Below are positions 1 through 9,049 of a DNA stretch of 64,000 bases, in pieces. Location of the stretch: IMG/VR virus record IMGVR_UViG_3300025073_000026; one strand, written 5' to 3'. Origin of the DNA: a virus. Both the position numbers and the translations under genes were made by a program. The notes beneath the pieces were generated by a model, which had not been told where the DNA came from, did no database searches, and saw only the letters and a program-made list of their open reading frames with translations. Each line of letters starts with the position of its first letter. Position 1 is the first letter of the stretch.

Positions 1-864
1 CAGTACATCTGCCAGCAGGGATGAAGCTAATGCCTGTGCTGCATCCTTGCGGTTAGTGAACGTATCTAAGCCACCCAAGGCATCCCACCGGTGGGAGATA
101 CGCTCGGGAGTGAGCAGATCCACCACCATCTTCTCTAGTGGAGTAAACCCAAACTCGACAGCAAGACGATTCTCTAATGCCCTCTGATGCTTCCCTTCCC
201 GGTACTTAGGATTGACGATCTTGACCAGACAAGGATCCCCATTCTTACGGGTCAAGGGACCATGCAGGACCACACCTTCCCATGTGTCAAGCTTGGGATC
301 TTTAGCTGGGTCAATACCGAATACAGCCACGTCATCAAGTGACAGGCTACCGCCATTCTCGTACTTGGCAATAGCTTCCTTGACAGTCATCTTTACAGCA
401 GGAACAGCCAGCACTCTAGCATCCTTTTCAGTGAGCTGCTTTGGATCATGGTAACACCTATGCCTGATATGTGTCTCCCATAGTGGCACCCACTCCCACT
501 GTCCCGGAGCACCCGCAGCGAAAAGGCATATGGTTTGCCACATGGAATCATAGTAGGTGTCCACGGCGTTCTTGACCATGTACTCCCCATAGAGCCTTGG
601 GGTCATCCTGAGAAAATTGGCCAAGACACGACGGGTTTCAGCATGGAACCGGACTAGGGTAGCTGCACCTGAGTTATCACTCCAAGGTGGCAGTTCTCTT
701 GAATGAGAGCCTACAGCCGGAGTCCCCTCATCATCCCCATCCCAGATAGTGATGTTCGTCCCGTCCAACTTGGGCGAAACCCACACCACATAATCACTCT
801 GCTTGACTAGGTCGATGTCGCTAGAGTAATGATGCGGTACATCTGGGAAGGATCTGTATTCCAT
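1..864 (-). CDS. RNA ligase, Rnl2-like (3' end runs off window)
   Basis: Manual translation, absent from the ORF track: MEYRSFPDVPHH...SPKLDGTNI (motif I KxDGxN)...WEGVVL (motif IV)...LVKIVNPKY (motif V); open to position 1. Confidence 0.8.
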   Translation of the reverse strand, partial: MEYRSFPDVPHHYSSDIDLVKQSDYVVWVSPKLDGTNITIWDGDDEGTPAVGSHSRELPPWSDNSGAATLVRFHAETRRVLANFLRMTPRLYGEYMVKNAVDTYYDSMWQTICLFAAGAPGQWEWVPLWETHIRHRCYHDPKQLTEKDARVLAVPAVKMTVKEAIAKYENGGSLSLDDVAVFGIDPAKDPKLDTWEGVVLHGPLTRKNGDPCLVKIVNPKYREGKHQRALENRLAVEFGFTPLEKMVVDLLTPERISHRWDALGGLDTFTNRKDAAQALASSLLADVL

Positions 865-870
865 TGTCTG

Positions 871-1305
871 CTAGTCCTTATGCGTTTTCCGTGATTTCCG
901 CCCTGTAGGAAGTAATCGAGTAACTTTGGACGGTGGGTACCAGTGATCTACAGTTGGCCCGTTTCTGAAGGCAATCCCAAGAGGGCAAGTTGATCCCAAC
1001 ATGATGGCAACTACCTTACCCAGCGAATCCCCCACTAGGACGTCATCGTGGAGAGTGAATCCCAGACCCACCTTCTTGGCGAGTTTGCCTGACTTGGCAT
1101 ATCTCTCAGGCGGGCAGGGCGGATTCATCCACGCAACCACTGTAGATGGCTCGATAGGCATCCCGTTTGCGTACTCCCATAATGAATCCCCTTTCCCAGT
1201 ATAGATAGCTATCCAGACAGTTGGGGCGTAGTCGCCTTCGGTTACAGCAACAAGGTATTCACTGGGCTTTGACGGTTGATTACCATGAGTCCAGGACATT
1301 TTCAT
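871..1305 (-). CDS. hypothetical protein (DUF551-like N-terminus)
   Basis: ORF track; P...EYLV...VVAWM pattern; promoter motif upstream at 1330-1357. Confidence 0.6.
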   Translation of the reverse strand: MKMSWTHGNQPSKPSEYLVAVTEGDYAPTVWIAIYTGKGDSLWEYANGMPIEPSTVVAWMNPPCPPERYAKSGKLAKKVGLGFTLHDDVLVGDSLGKVVAIMLGSTCPLGIAFRNGPTVDHWYPPSKVTRLLPTGRKSRKTHKD

Positions 1306-1359
1306 AGCTTAACTCCTCCCACATCTATCTACTACTCTAATCGCCAAGCAGATAACACT

Positions 1360-1743
1360 TTAAGCCCATCCCAATCCTGTACGGCATCCTCCGGAATATT
1401 TCAGAACTCCCCGTATGTGCAGTTTTGCTGCCCAAATGGCCACGTCAGAAGCTCTCCGAGACCGGGCATTCTTTCCTCGTGTGTGGTAGTAATGGGCACC
1501 ATTTCCCACGATACAGACATAGTCACACCCTGGCTGGACACTCAGATCATATGGTGACGGCTTTCGCACCGTGACTGGCACCATTCCCTCTGGTTCGGGA
1601 AATACATCTCCAGGTATGGCCTGTCTCTTGAGGTAGACCGTGAATGTCTCGACTTGAAGGGCTTTTGCAGATGTGAACCTAACGGTCTGCTTCTGGTCAT
1701 GTTCTACCATCCCTGCAACAGTTGTCGACTTCCTAGTCATCAA
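1360..1743 (-). CDS. hypothetical protein
   Basis: GGAGG RBS; overlaps the stop of the upstream gene (ATGA coupling). Confidence 0.6.
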   Translation of the reverse strand: MMTRKSTTVAGMVEHDQKQTVRFTSAKALQVETFTVYLKRQAIPGDVFPEPEGMVPVTVRKPSPYDLSVQPGCDYVCIVGNGAHYYHTRGKNARSRRASDVAIWAAKLHIRGVLKYSGGCRTGLGWA

Positions 1744-2126
1744 CGCACCTCCTTCAACATCTTCATGACCTCAAGCCAATCCACGCACTTCTGATGGAAA
1801 CCATCAACCTGTATGAGCGGGCAACCGATAGCGGCATCGTCCACATACAAATGGGCGTAACACTTGGGGCTATCCGTCCAGGTGTGCTGTAAAGGTTCCT
1901 CCCAAATACCAAACAGGGGTATCTTCCGGTCACTGAACCACTGAGTTGCCGGTTTGATAGTTTCCGTTCCCCGCATGGTGTTGAGAACCAATTTGGTGCC
2001 GAGGCTTGTCAGCGCCAACAGGGACTCTACAGCGTGAGGAACATCTGGGCCAACCTTGGGATACCTGTGGTCCACCACTGTACCGTCAAAATCGACACCA
2101 AGGATCAAGCGGTCAAAGCGCATCAC
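1740..2126 (-). CDS. HAD-superfamily hydrolase (BT0820-like)
   Basis: ILGVDFDGTVV (DxDGT motif I), LVLNTMR, YVDD. Confidence 0.8.
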   Translation of the reverse strand: MMRFDRLILGVDFDGTVVDHRYPKVGPDVPHAVESLLALTSLGTKLVLNTMRGTETIKPATQWFSDRKIPLFGIWEEPLQHTWTDSPKCYAHLYVDDAAIGCPLIQVDGFHQKCVDWLEVMKMLKEVR

Positions 2127-2134
2127 TTAACACC

Positions 2135-2386
2135 TCACGGGTCAATGACCTTACCATTCTTAGTGATTTGGGTAGCATCATCAATACCCACGGATCCCCG
2201 GTCATCCGATTCATCAATGTAGATGACCACCTTCCTCATGCCCGAAGCTTTCCGAGTACAGTTAGAAACGATGTCTGCTACTGTTCCCGTGTTATCGGTT
2301 TCATAACTATCCTCACAGGGCCAAGCAAAGTAGTCCTTATCTTCCAAATCCGAATGCTGGAAACAGTAAACCTTGTACTTTGACAT
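2135..2386 (-). CDS. hypothetical protein
   Basis: Start moved to MSKYKV to avoid overlap with tRNA-Leu. Confidence 0.5.
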   Translation of the reverse strand: MSKYKVYCFQHSDLEDKDYFAWPCEDSYETDNTGTVADIVSNCTRKASGMRKVVIYIDESDDRGSVGIDDATQITKNGKVIDP

Positions 2387-2414
2387 CTTACACCCCCAAA
2401 GCGTTCCTGAATCG

Positions 2415-2497
2415 TACACGGGAGGGGACTTGAACCCCTATGAGTTTACACTCGCTGGGACCTAAACCCAGTGCGGCTGCCGTTACGCCACCCGTGC
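2415..2497 (-). tRNA. tRNA-Leu(UAG)
   Basis: Cloverleaf; CTGGG-TT TAG GT-CCCAG; long variable arm; GTTCAAGTC T-loop. Confidence 0.92.
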
Positions 2498-2537
2498 ATG
2501 TCAAACAACACACCCACTGACTTGCTACTCTAAACAG

Positions 2538-2619
2538 TGCCACCGGAGGAACTCGAATCCCCACACCTTTCGGCGGATGCTCTTGAGGCATCTGCGTCTA
2601 CCAGTTTCGCCACGGTGGC
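2538..2619 (-). tRNA. tRNA-Leu(CAA)
   Basis: GATGC-CT CAA GA-GCATC; long variable arm; A53:U61 T-stem closure. Confidence 0.9.
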
Positions 2620-2648
2620 ATACTATCAAAGAACTATCAGGCCCAACG

Positions 2649-2735
2649 TGCTACCGGGGGGATTCGGACCCCCATGAGGATTAAACCCTCGCCAAATTTT
2701 AAGTCTGGTGCGTCGACCAATTGCGCCACGGTAGC
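2649..2735 (-). tRNA. tRNA-Leu(UAA), C55 variant
   Basis: CCAGA-CT TAA AA-TTTGG; T-loop TCCGAAT. Confidence 0.88.
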
Positions 2736-2766
2736 ATACATTACCCATCTCATAGCCCCTCACCCA

Positions 2767-3063
2767 CTAAGGTCTCTTATAGCACTTGTAACAAATGGGA
2801 CTCCCATCTTCCGTGTAACTAACAGGTAGATCATCCTCTGGAATGGGTTCCTGACACTCCCCACAAAACATCGGTGGGTCCGGGAGATGCCATCTAAGGA
2901 TATCCACTAACGTCTCGATACTCCTTTCACACATCTTCGAACCAAGGTCGATGACATTGGGGGGTAAGGGTCCGATGTGGATGTAGGGTGTTCCCGGGAC
3001 TTCCTCAAACAGAGGGTAGGGTACTGGCCTGCCTTTTCCCTTGGGGAATTCTTTATCGTCCAT
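2767..3063 (-). CDS. hypothetical protein with C-terminal zinc ribbon
   Basis: CGEC...CYKC. Confidence 0.55.
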   Translation of the reverse strand: MDDKEFPKGKGRPVPYPLFEEVPGTPYIHIGPLPPNVIDLGSKMCERSIETLVDILRWHLPDPPMFCGECQEPIPEDDLPVSYTEDGSPICYKCYKRP

Positions 3064-3067
3064 CCCT

Positions 3068-3373
3068 TCAATCCTTATTAGGGCAACCTTGCCCTATGTA
3101 GAGATAGTCCTTGATAGCAAAAGCGTCCTTAGCCTTCTTCGTCAACAAGCCACATACGTAGCGCCCGCTGTGGTTCCTCAGCAATGGGCAAGGTCCACCA
3201 ATATCGCCCCTCTTGTCAGCAGCCACCCGGTAGATACCATATGCGATGGCACACAGAGTTTCCTTACAGCATTTCCCACAACAAGTACAAGGCTTCTTCC
3301 TTTCAGCAGAAGTACCTTTGAGTTCGGCCACCAGTGCTAGGGCTTCCTTGAAGAGATTAGAATCGTGCTTCAT
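3068..3373 (-). CDS. YkgJ-like CxxCxxCC cysteine-cluster protein
   Basis: CTCCGKCC...CPLL...YVCG. Confidence 0.65.
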   Translation of the reverse strand: MKHDSNLFKEALALVAELKGTSAERKKPCTCCGKCCKETLCAIAYGIYRVAADKRGDIGGPCPLLRNHSGRYVCGLLTKKAKDAFAIKDYLYIGQGCPNKD

Positions 3374-3594
3374 CCTTCCACGACTCCTACCAATTCAGGA
3401 ATGTCCATACTCTGGTAAAGGACAGCACCACAACTGAAACAAGCCGCTGAACAGTGCCCATCTTCCCAATCACCCACATCCTCGAAAGTATCAAAGAACG
3501 TTCCGCACTCTCGTTGGGGACTATCACTGGCTGCGAGGCTAGGCAACCCAACATCTCGCCCGCAGTACCATCTGACTTGGACTCTCTTAACCAT
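3370..3594 (-). CDS. hypothetical protein
   Basis: Co-oriented and tightly packed; RBS present. Confidence 0.5.
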   Translation of the reverse strand: MVKRVQVRWYCGRDVGLPSLAASDSPQRECGTFFDTFEDVGDWEDGHCSAACFSCGAVLYQSMDIPELVGVVEG

Positions 3595-3600
3595 AACGCC

Positions 3601-3801
3601 TCATACAACTTCCAGGGTTTTCCACCCACGGGATTTAAGCCGCCGCCAAGGTGTCCTGCTTGGTAGCCATGTCTTTGTGTTGACATGGTTCTTATGCCAC
3701 CAAGCCATGAATACTCCGATGGCCAATTCTCGTGTTCGATGCATTGTCCAATTGAGAACATTGCCATCTGGATTTCTTACCACGTAAACTCGGCTTCCCA
3801 T
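3601..3801 (-). CDS. hypothetical protein
   Basis: GGAGGT RBS before MGSRVY; promoter at 3827-3854. Confidence 0.55.
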   Translation of the reverse strand: MGSRVYVVRNPDGNVLNWTMHRTRELAIGVFMAWWHKNHVNTKTWLPSRTPWRRLKSRGWKTLEVV

Positions 3802-3927
3802 CAACCTACCTCCCCTTCCCACCCCATACTACCCTACCACAAGGATTCCTAACAGGTACAAGTTGCTCCCCACGGTAATCCCATTATGGAGTAGCCTTTC
3901 AATAGCAGCGAGTTTGGAGGCCAACCC

Positions 3928-4311
3928 ATGGACTTGAGAAGTGAAATCCTAAAGACAGCACATGATGTGCCGGAAACCCGTAAGCATCTGCTACCACTCC
4001 TATCCAAAGTAGCAGGAAGGCTTACTCTGTCTCCCGGCAAAGTGGATGAGAAGATGACTGTAACACTTGGCAAAGTCAAACTACAAGCCCGGAGCAATGG
4101 AAGCTTTGACACTGCCATGCTCTCAGCAGGGTTCTATGCTAAGAAGACCGGCAGGACTATGTACCTGTACTCAGGTAACTCCTACATGAACTGGGTATGG
4201 CGAGTTTCCTACAAGGCCAGTGACTACTTAGATCCCATTGGCAATACCGGGGACGTCGTGTTCTCCGTATCACCGGAACTGGTAGTACAGAGACATGAAA
4301 TCCAGAGATAG
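3928..4311 (+). CDS. hypothetical protein with shared N-terminal leader motif
   Basis: GGAGG RBS; N-terminus LRSEILKTAHDVPETRKHLLPLL matches the ORFs at 19900(-) and 63267(-). Confidence 0.75.
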   Translation: MDLRSEILKTAHDVPETRKHLLPLLSKVAGRLTLSPGKVDEKMTVTLGKVKLQARSNGSFDTAMLSAGFYAKKTGRTMYLYSGNSYMNWVWRVSYKASDYLDPIGNTGDVVFSVSPELVVQRHEIQR

Positions 4312-5306
4312 CTAGGGATTGGCGGAAACATCAATGGGGGCCCTCCACATGACTTTGGAAGTAGATCTCCGAGCACCCCATCCAAATGGTTCTCTGGGTA
4401 AAGGTCACTCGGGAACACTTCACGTAGAGTCAATCCCTTCCGCTTGGCCATGTCACGCTTCTTTCCAACGGCAGTATCATAATCCTTATGCCCATGCCAT
4501 AGGCCGAAATACTCCAGCCAGATATCTTTGTCAGGCAGATAGAAATCACAAGTGCAGCGACTCTGAGGGTACCTCTTTTGAGTGGTGTGCTGTATCCCGT
4601 GTGCCGATAGCCAATCGTCCACAATCTTTTCCGAGATACTATCCGCCCGATGACCGTCTTTGCAAGGAATCCCTTTCCGGGTGTACCATTCTGTATTAGG
4701 GGGGATGCCTAGAGACTCCATAGCTTTATTCCATGATCCAAAGAACCGGGAAGCCGCACCTGTCAACTTATGCCCGACTTCTTTGGTTGTGGGTGTTCTT
4801 CCGAACTCAATGTAGAGCTGCTGAATCCGAGATATGACCTCATCTTTGGTAAGGGGGAGTGAACCAAAATGTAGGATCTGTCCGCAAATCTTAGAACAAG
4901 CACGGGCGTCCTTATTTATGGGATGAAAACTATTACCACATATAACGCAATCCTTGGCAGCATGAATGGCTCCAGAGTTGGTTTCTTGAAGATGCCGTAT
5001 CTGTGCTTGGCGAGTCCGTTCCTTGGACTCTAGACTGCGGGGTGCTCTCCGTTGGTTGTTGTAGGTGGCAGCGCATGATTTGGAACAGAACACTCGTTTT
5101 GACGGGTTTTTGCGGCTGGGGGTTACATACACAGGTTTCCCACAAGTCAGGCAATTTTGGTCTTCGCCCACCCGGCGACTGTTCCCCTGGCAGTCTGGGG
5201 AACAGAACTGTAACCAACCCTGCTTTTCAGCTTCATTGGCTCTATTTACTGGCCGATCAAAGGCTTTGCCACAATGATCACAAACAACCTGTCTGATTCT
5301 GGACAT
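4224..5306 (-). CDS. putative homing endonuclease (zinc ribbons + PD-(D/E)XK/DUF559-like nuclease)
   Basis: Repeated CxxC...FCSxxC zinc motifs, GSWNKAM helical repeat, SEKIVDDWL...CDFYLPDKDIWLEYFG nuclease signature; lies directly downstream of tRNA-Pro. Confidence 0.7.
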   Translation of the reverse strand: MSRIRQVVCDHCGKAFDRPVNRANEAEKQGWLQFCSPDCQGNSRRVGEDQNCLTCGKPVYVTPSRKNPSKRVFCSKSCAATYNNQRRAPRSLESKERTRQAQIRHLQETNSGAIHAAKDCVICGNSFHPINKDARACSKICGQILHFGSLPLTKDEVISRIQQLYIEFGRTPTTKEVGHKLTGAASRFFGSWNKAMESLGIPPNTEWYTRKGIPCKDGHRADSISEKIVDDWLSAHGIQHTTQKRYPQSRCTCDFYLPDKDIWLEYFGLWHGHKDYDTAVGKKRDMAKRKGLTLREVFPSDLYPENHLDGVLGDLLPKSCGGPPLMFPPIPSYLWISCLCTTSSGDTENTTSPVLPMGSK

Positions 5307-5338
5307 AGGTAGTGCCTCCCTGTGGAGGCACTACCTAT
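5305..5338 (-). promoter_or_regulatory. RBS-sequestering hairpin of the endonuclease gene
   Basis: Perfect 15-bp stem with 4-nt loop containing GGAGG and the AT of the ATG. Confidence 0.8.
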
Positions 5339-5369
5339 AAGGAAAATAACGGAGTGGCAGACTTTGGAG

Positions 5370-5446
5370 TCGGGGTGATTGGATTTGAACCAACGAAAAC
5401 CTCCTGGTCCCAGGCCAGGCGCTCTACCAAACTGAGCTACACCCCG
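5370..5446 (-). tRNA. tRNA-Pro(UGG), C33 variant
   Basis: CCTGG-CC TGG GA-CCAGG; 8-nt variable loop. Confidence 0.82.
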
Positions 5447-5468
5447 ATATTGTCAAACCAACTTCACT

Positions 5469-5678
5469 CTACTCCACAGGCACACATATGAACCGTCTGT
5501 AGGTCTTCCTACCCTTCCCGTCGCTGGAAATCCTGACCGCTCCACCCATAGGGCAGTTGAAGTTCCACTCTGGCAAACCCTCCTTATGCGTATGTGGCTT
5601 TGCCAGTCCGCACTTCGTTGGGCCTGCACAGCCTTTCTCATCAGCATAATCACAGATGAACTGTTGGGTCTTTTTCAT
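5469..5678 (-). CDS. small Cys-rich hypothetical protein
   Basis: ORF track; co-oriented cluster. Confidence 0.5.
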   Translation of the reverse strand: MKKTQQFICDYADEKGCAGPTKCGLAKPHTHKEGLPEWNFNCPMGGAVRISSDGKGRKTYRRFICVPVE

Positions 5679-5684
5679 TGGCTT

Positions 5685-5915
5685 CTATTCCCACGCAAAA
5701 CCATTGATATTCCTCCGTTCAGACCAGTATCCCTCAGCGACCTTCTTGGTAAGGTAGCCATCGCCTTCACATAGACTGCACGCCCCTGAGCTGTCACAAC
5801 AGGGCGGGGGCATGTAGTTGCACCTACAGTCATCGTCCCAATGGGGCTTCCTGCATTCGTTCCCTGTGCCATCGCACTTGGGGCAGGAAACCAGCCCATC
5901 ACCAAGATCCGTCAT
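5685..5915 (-). CDS. small zinc-finger protein (CxxCxGxG repeats)
   Basis: CPKCDGTG and CSLCEGDG. Confidence 0.6.
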   Translation of the reverse strand: MTDLGDGLVSCPKCDGTGNECRKPHWDDDCRCNYMPPPCCDSSGACSLCEGDGYLTKKVAEGYWSERRNINGFAWE

Positions 5916-6157
5916 CTTGGAAACCTCCGTTCACAGGCTTCAATGGCTTCTGTTGCCGTGTCGTACCTGTCTGCCCCGAGTGTGTTGAAACCGCAAGCCC
6001 ACTGCTTTCCCTGTTTGCCAATCATGCCGACGTGACGAGGGGTGCATCCATACCATTCAAGCACATTATAGGCTTCCGTGAAGCCATCCATCCTGACCTG
6101 TACCAACTCGTACTTGTCAGGGACATTAGGGAATGTCTTTTCCAACTTGCTAGCCAT
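5912..6157 (-). CDS. hypothetical protein
   Basis: GGAGG RBS; coupled overlaps. Confidence 0.55.
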   Translation of the reverse strand: MASKLEKTFPNVPDKYELVQVRMDGFTEAYNVLEWYGCTPRHVGMIGKQGKQWACGFNTLGADRYDTATEAIEACERRFPR

Positions 6158-6599
6158 CGTTAGCCTCCTTGGTAGGACAACGTGTCATGTGCTGAGGTGC
6201 CATCCCCTCTTCGTTACAGGTTGCGGCTTCAGCCGGGGAGATAGGTCCGCCACACTTGAAGCAACTATACCCTTCTTTCAGCGTCCGTAGAACCGCTCTG
6301 GCGTCATCTTCTGTTGAGACAGTAGGAATCACACCGATAGCATGGTCTTCTTGGATACGGAGCCTATTGGCGAGCGCAGCAATTTGGGCTGCTAGGGTCA
6401 CCACCTTCTCTGTGAACCAGATGTCCTGATGAGAACCCGAGGAACACATTGCAGCCATCTCTCCGGTGAGATTGGCGAATTGCGCACGGTTATGGTCCAT
6501 GTCAGCTGCCATGAGTAAAGTCGTGTCCTTCTGCCCATCTGCAAAGGGTACGCCAACCAGTTCGTTGTAGGTGAGGAAACGGTTCTTTGCCATGATCAA
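6150..6599 (-). CDS. hypothetical protein
   Basis: Coupled overlaps; C-terminal CxxC. Confidence 0.55.
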   Translation of the reverse strand: MIMAKNRFLTYNELVGVPFADGQKDTTLLMAADMDHNRAQFANLTGEMAAMCSSGSHQDIWFTEKVVTLAAQIAALANRLRIQEDHAIGVIPTVSTEDDARAVLRTLKEGYSCFKCGGPISPAEAATCNEEGMAPQHMTRCPTKEANDG

Positions 6600-6901
6600 T
6601 CCTCCCAGACCGTGATAACAGCGCCATTGTTGGGTTCGGAGTGCAGCCGTTTCCCAGTCAATTCACACGCCATCTTGTCAACCTGCTGCCAGCGTTCAAA
6701 CCCCGTACCCCAATCGCTGTGCAGGGGATTCATGATCCCATTCTCCGTGTAGATGACCAGAAGGGCATCCGGCTTCCCCTTAACCCAACCCCCGGTATCT
6801 TCCTTGGGGGTACGAACATCGGCCTTCCAGTTCGGGGATTCCGTCAAAAAGAACCCCAGCACTTTCTCGATTGCCTGTGTATACGCTTCCTTGGCCGTCA
6901 T
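6596..6901 (-). CDS. hypothetical protein
   Basis: Promoter motif upstream at 6946-6973. Confidence 0.55.
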   Translation of the reverse strand: MTAKEAYTQAIEKVLGFFLTESPNWKADVRTPKEDTGGWVKGKPDALLVIYTENGIMNPLHSDWGTGFERWQQVDKMACELTGKRLHSEPNNGAVITVWED

Positions 6902-6971
6902 TTCCGTATCTCCCGGTTCAGGTTTCCACCTCCTGTCTACACCTGTACTACCCGGTTCTTGAAAACCCTAA

Positions 6972-7556
6972 CTAAAGACTTGGACATGGGATCCCTGCTT
7001 TCTGAAGGTACAGCGTCTTTTCCCCTATGTACTCCAACACAGCAGCTGGCACCAGTCCCTTGCAGGACTCCGAATTCCCAGTCCACTGCAATTCATTGCG
7101 GATATTGGTGCTGGAGATATCCGGGATCTTGATAAGGTGAGATGAGGGTACTCCATCCCGGCCTATGACCCATACAGGCACCATGGATAGTATCCCCCTA
7201 GCCTTGTGCCAGTTGTCAAAGTCAGCCCACTCGTCCTGGCCGACTATGAGATTGAAGATGTGATCTGGGTACTTCTCTTTCAGGTGCTTTAGCAGGTCCA
7301 CCGTGTACTTGGACTGAATGACACCCTCTACGGACATGACCTTAACTTTGCTGTAGTTAGTAGGGTCAAAAGCACGGACACACATCTGAATCCGATCCTC
7401 AAACGGAGCCATCTTCTTCCCAAAAGCATGTTCCCAGCAGGGAATGATCCACACTTGGTCAAACCCACCTACTGCTAAGGCATAGGTGACTGCAAAGACG
7501 TGCCCCATGTGAGGCGGGTCGAATGCTCCACCGAAGATACCAATTCGTTTCATCAT
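6972..7556 (-). CDS. nadD: nicotinate/nicotinamide-nucleotide adenylyltransferase
   Basis: IGIFGGAFDPPHMGH (HxGH), YTVDLL, IVGQD...W, ISSTNIR. Confidence 0.9.
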   Translation of the reverse strand: MMKRIGIFGGAFDPPHMGHVFAVTYALAVGGFDQVWIIPCWEHAFGKKMAPFEDRIQMCVRAFDPTNYSKVKVMSVEGVIQSKYTVDLLKHLKEKYPDHIFNLIVGQDEWADFDNWHKARGILSMVPVWVIGRDGVPSSHLIKIPDISSTNIRNELQWTGNSESCKGLVPAAVLEYIGEKTLYLQKAGIPCPSL

Positions 7557-8200
7557 TACTCCACTACTTGAACAACAGTCAGTCCCACCCTGATAATCTT
7601 GTCTGCATATGCTACTGCTGCTTTGATGATATCCAAATGGTCAAAGGCAAGCCGTGGAAGGCTATCCACGTAGAACCATTTTGCTTTGGTTGCATCGTCC
7701 TGTGCCTTCAGGTCATATATTTCCTTAGCATACGCTGTGAAGGCTGTGGAGATCACCCGTCCTCTAGGGTCTCTATCGGGTTTGCTGAATACCCCGAGCA
7801 ACTTCACATGCGTGAGTTCAAGGTTGGTTTCCTCTCGTACCTCTCGCCTAAGAGCGTCCTCTACCTCCTCATCCGGGTTGACAAATCCACCGGGGAGTGC
7901 CCAGCAGCCATAGAATGGCTCGTCTTTTCCCCCACGCTGGATTAGGAGTACTTTCATCTTGATATTGCTCAAGTCAAAGATCACAGCATCGACCGTGTTG
8001 TTTGCCTTGGGATACTTGTAGACGTGGCAGGTTTGGATGAATGCCGCTACGTCATAGGCACTCATGCCCGGAGGTAAACCCGAGAAGCACTCTGGGATCT
8101 GCGGGGGGTCCGTATAGGCACTCAATTCTTCCTTCAAGAGACGGCCAAGTTCCTGTACGACCACCTTAGCGTGCTTTTCAAGGTCTACGAGATTTGCCAT
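7556..8200 (-). CDS. NUDIX hydrolase (NrtR/ADP-ribose pyrophosphatase-like)
   Basis: WALPGGFVNPDEEVEDALRREVREETNL NUDIX box; RDPRGRVIS; LAFDH. Confidence 0.88.
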   Translation of the reverse strand: MANLVDLEKHAKVVVQELGRLLKEELSAYTDPPQIPECFSGLPPGMSAYDVAAFIQTCHVYKYPKANNTVDAVIFDLSNIKMKVLLIQRGGKDEPFYGCWALPGGFVNPDEEVEDALRREVREETNLELTHVKLLGVFSKPDRDPRGRVISTAFTAYAKEIYDLKAQDDATKAKWFYVDSLPRLAFDHLDIIKAAVAYADKIIRVGLTVVQVVE

Positions 8201-8610
8201 TACGTCAACTCCTTGAGCCATTCAGGTAGCCCTTTCCTAATGACTTCTGCGGCAAAATCAGGATCGGTCATGCACTCGTAACCTAGGGATTCCGTTATGA
8301 GAAGAAAGTGCTTGTACTTTCGCTTATTGGAAAGCCTGGACTCTGCTTCGGCCTTGATAGCAGCCCTCAACCCAACCAATAGTTGGTAAAGCCCCGGTGT
8401 ACCCGGCTTTGAATCCAAATACCCATATGAGACACCACTAGATCGCCCCATCAGATCACCGCAGGTGACTCTACAATGCTCGATCACCCTAACGATCTGA
8501 TCATCCGAGAGAACACAGATGACTTCCTCGGATTCTATCTCTTCTGCGGTGGGAGTATACCCCAGGCTATTGATGGGTCTATCGTCCGTTATGAAGAATC
8601 CACCTGCCAT
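8200..8610 (-). CDS. hypothetical protein
   Basis: GGAGGT RBS and promoter (8632-8659) before MAGGFF; TAATG overlap with the NUDIX gene. Confidence 0.6.
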   Translation of the reverse strand: MAGGFFITDDRPINSLGYTPTAEEIESEEVICVLSDDQIVRVIEHCRVTCGDLMGRSSGVSYGYLDSKPGTPGLYQLLVGLRAAIKAEAESRLSNKRKYKHFLLITESLGYECMTDPDFAAEVIRKGLPEWLKELT

Positions 8611-8668
8611 TGCCCCTACCTCCACACCCCTTACTACCCTAACCCATGTATCCCTAACAGGATATCCG

Positions 8669-9049
8669 CTAACCGAAGAGCCCACCTAGTCCGAACATGC
8701 CGCCCGCGGATACCCCGGCAAAGAAATACAATTTAGTTCCATTCCACTGTAAGGTACCGATCGGCAGATGGTATTCCGCAATAGCTGGCCTGTCCCACTC
8801 GATCCCCTCAGAAAGGACCAACATCTTGGCAGATCCCATAGGGCTGTCCTTCTCATTAGGGCACTTTGCTGTCCATAGTGCGTGCATTTCCTTGATTTTG
8901 TCGTCCTGCATGAGGAGCACCCAGGGTACATTTGGGTTATCGCTAGGTTCCACGCCCATGACCTGCTTGTAGGGCCCGGGTATTTGAACGATTCCCGGGA
9001 TGATCTCTTGAAGCTTAATGAGATCGAGTGACTTCCGCACCAACTTCAT
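8669..9049 (-). CDS. hypothetical protein
   Basis: ATGA-coupled ORF. Confidence 0.55.
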   Translation of the reverse strand: MKLVRKSLDLIKLQEIIPGIVQIPGPYKQVMGVEPSDNPNVPWVLLMQDDKIKEMHALWTAKCPNEKDSPMGSAKMLVLSEGIEWDRPAIAEYHLPIGTLQWNGTKLYFFAGVSAGGMFGLGGLFG

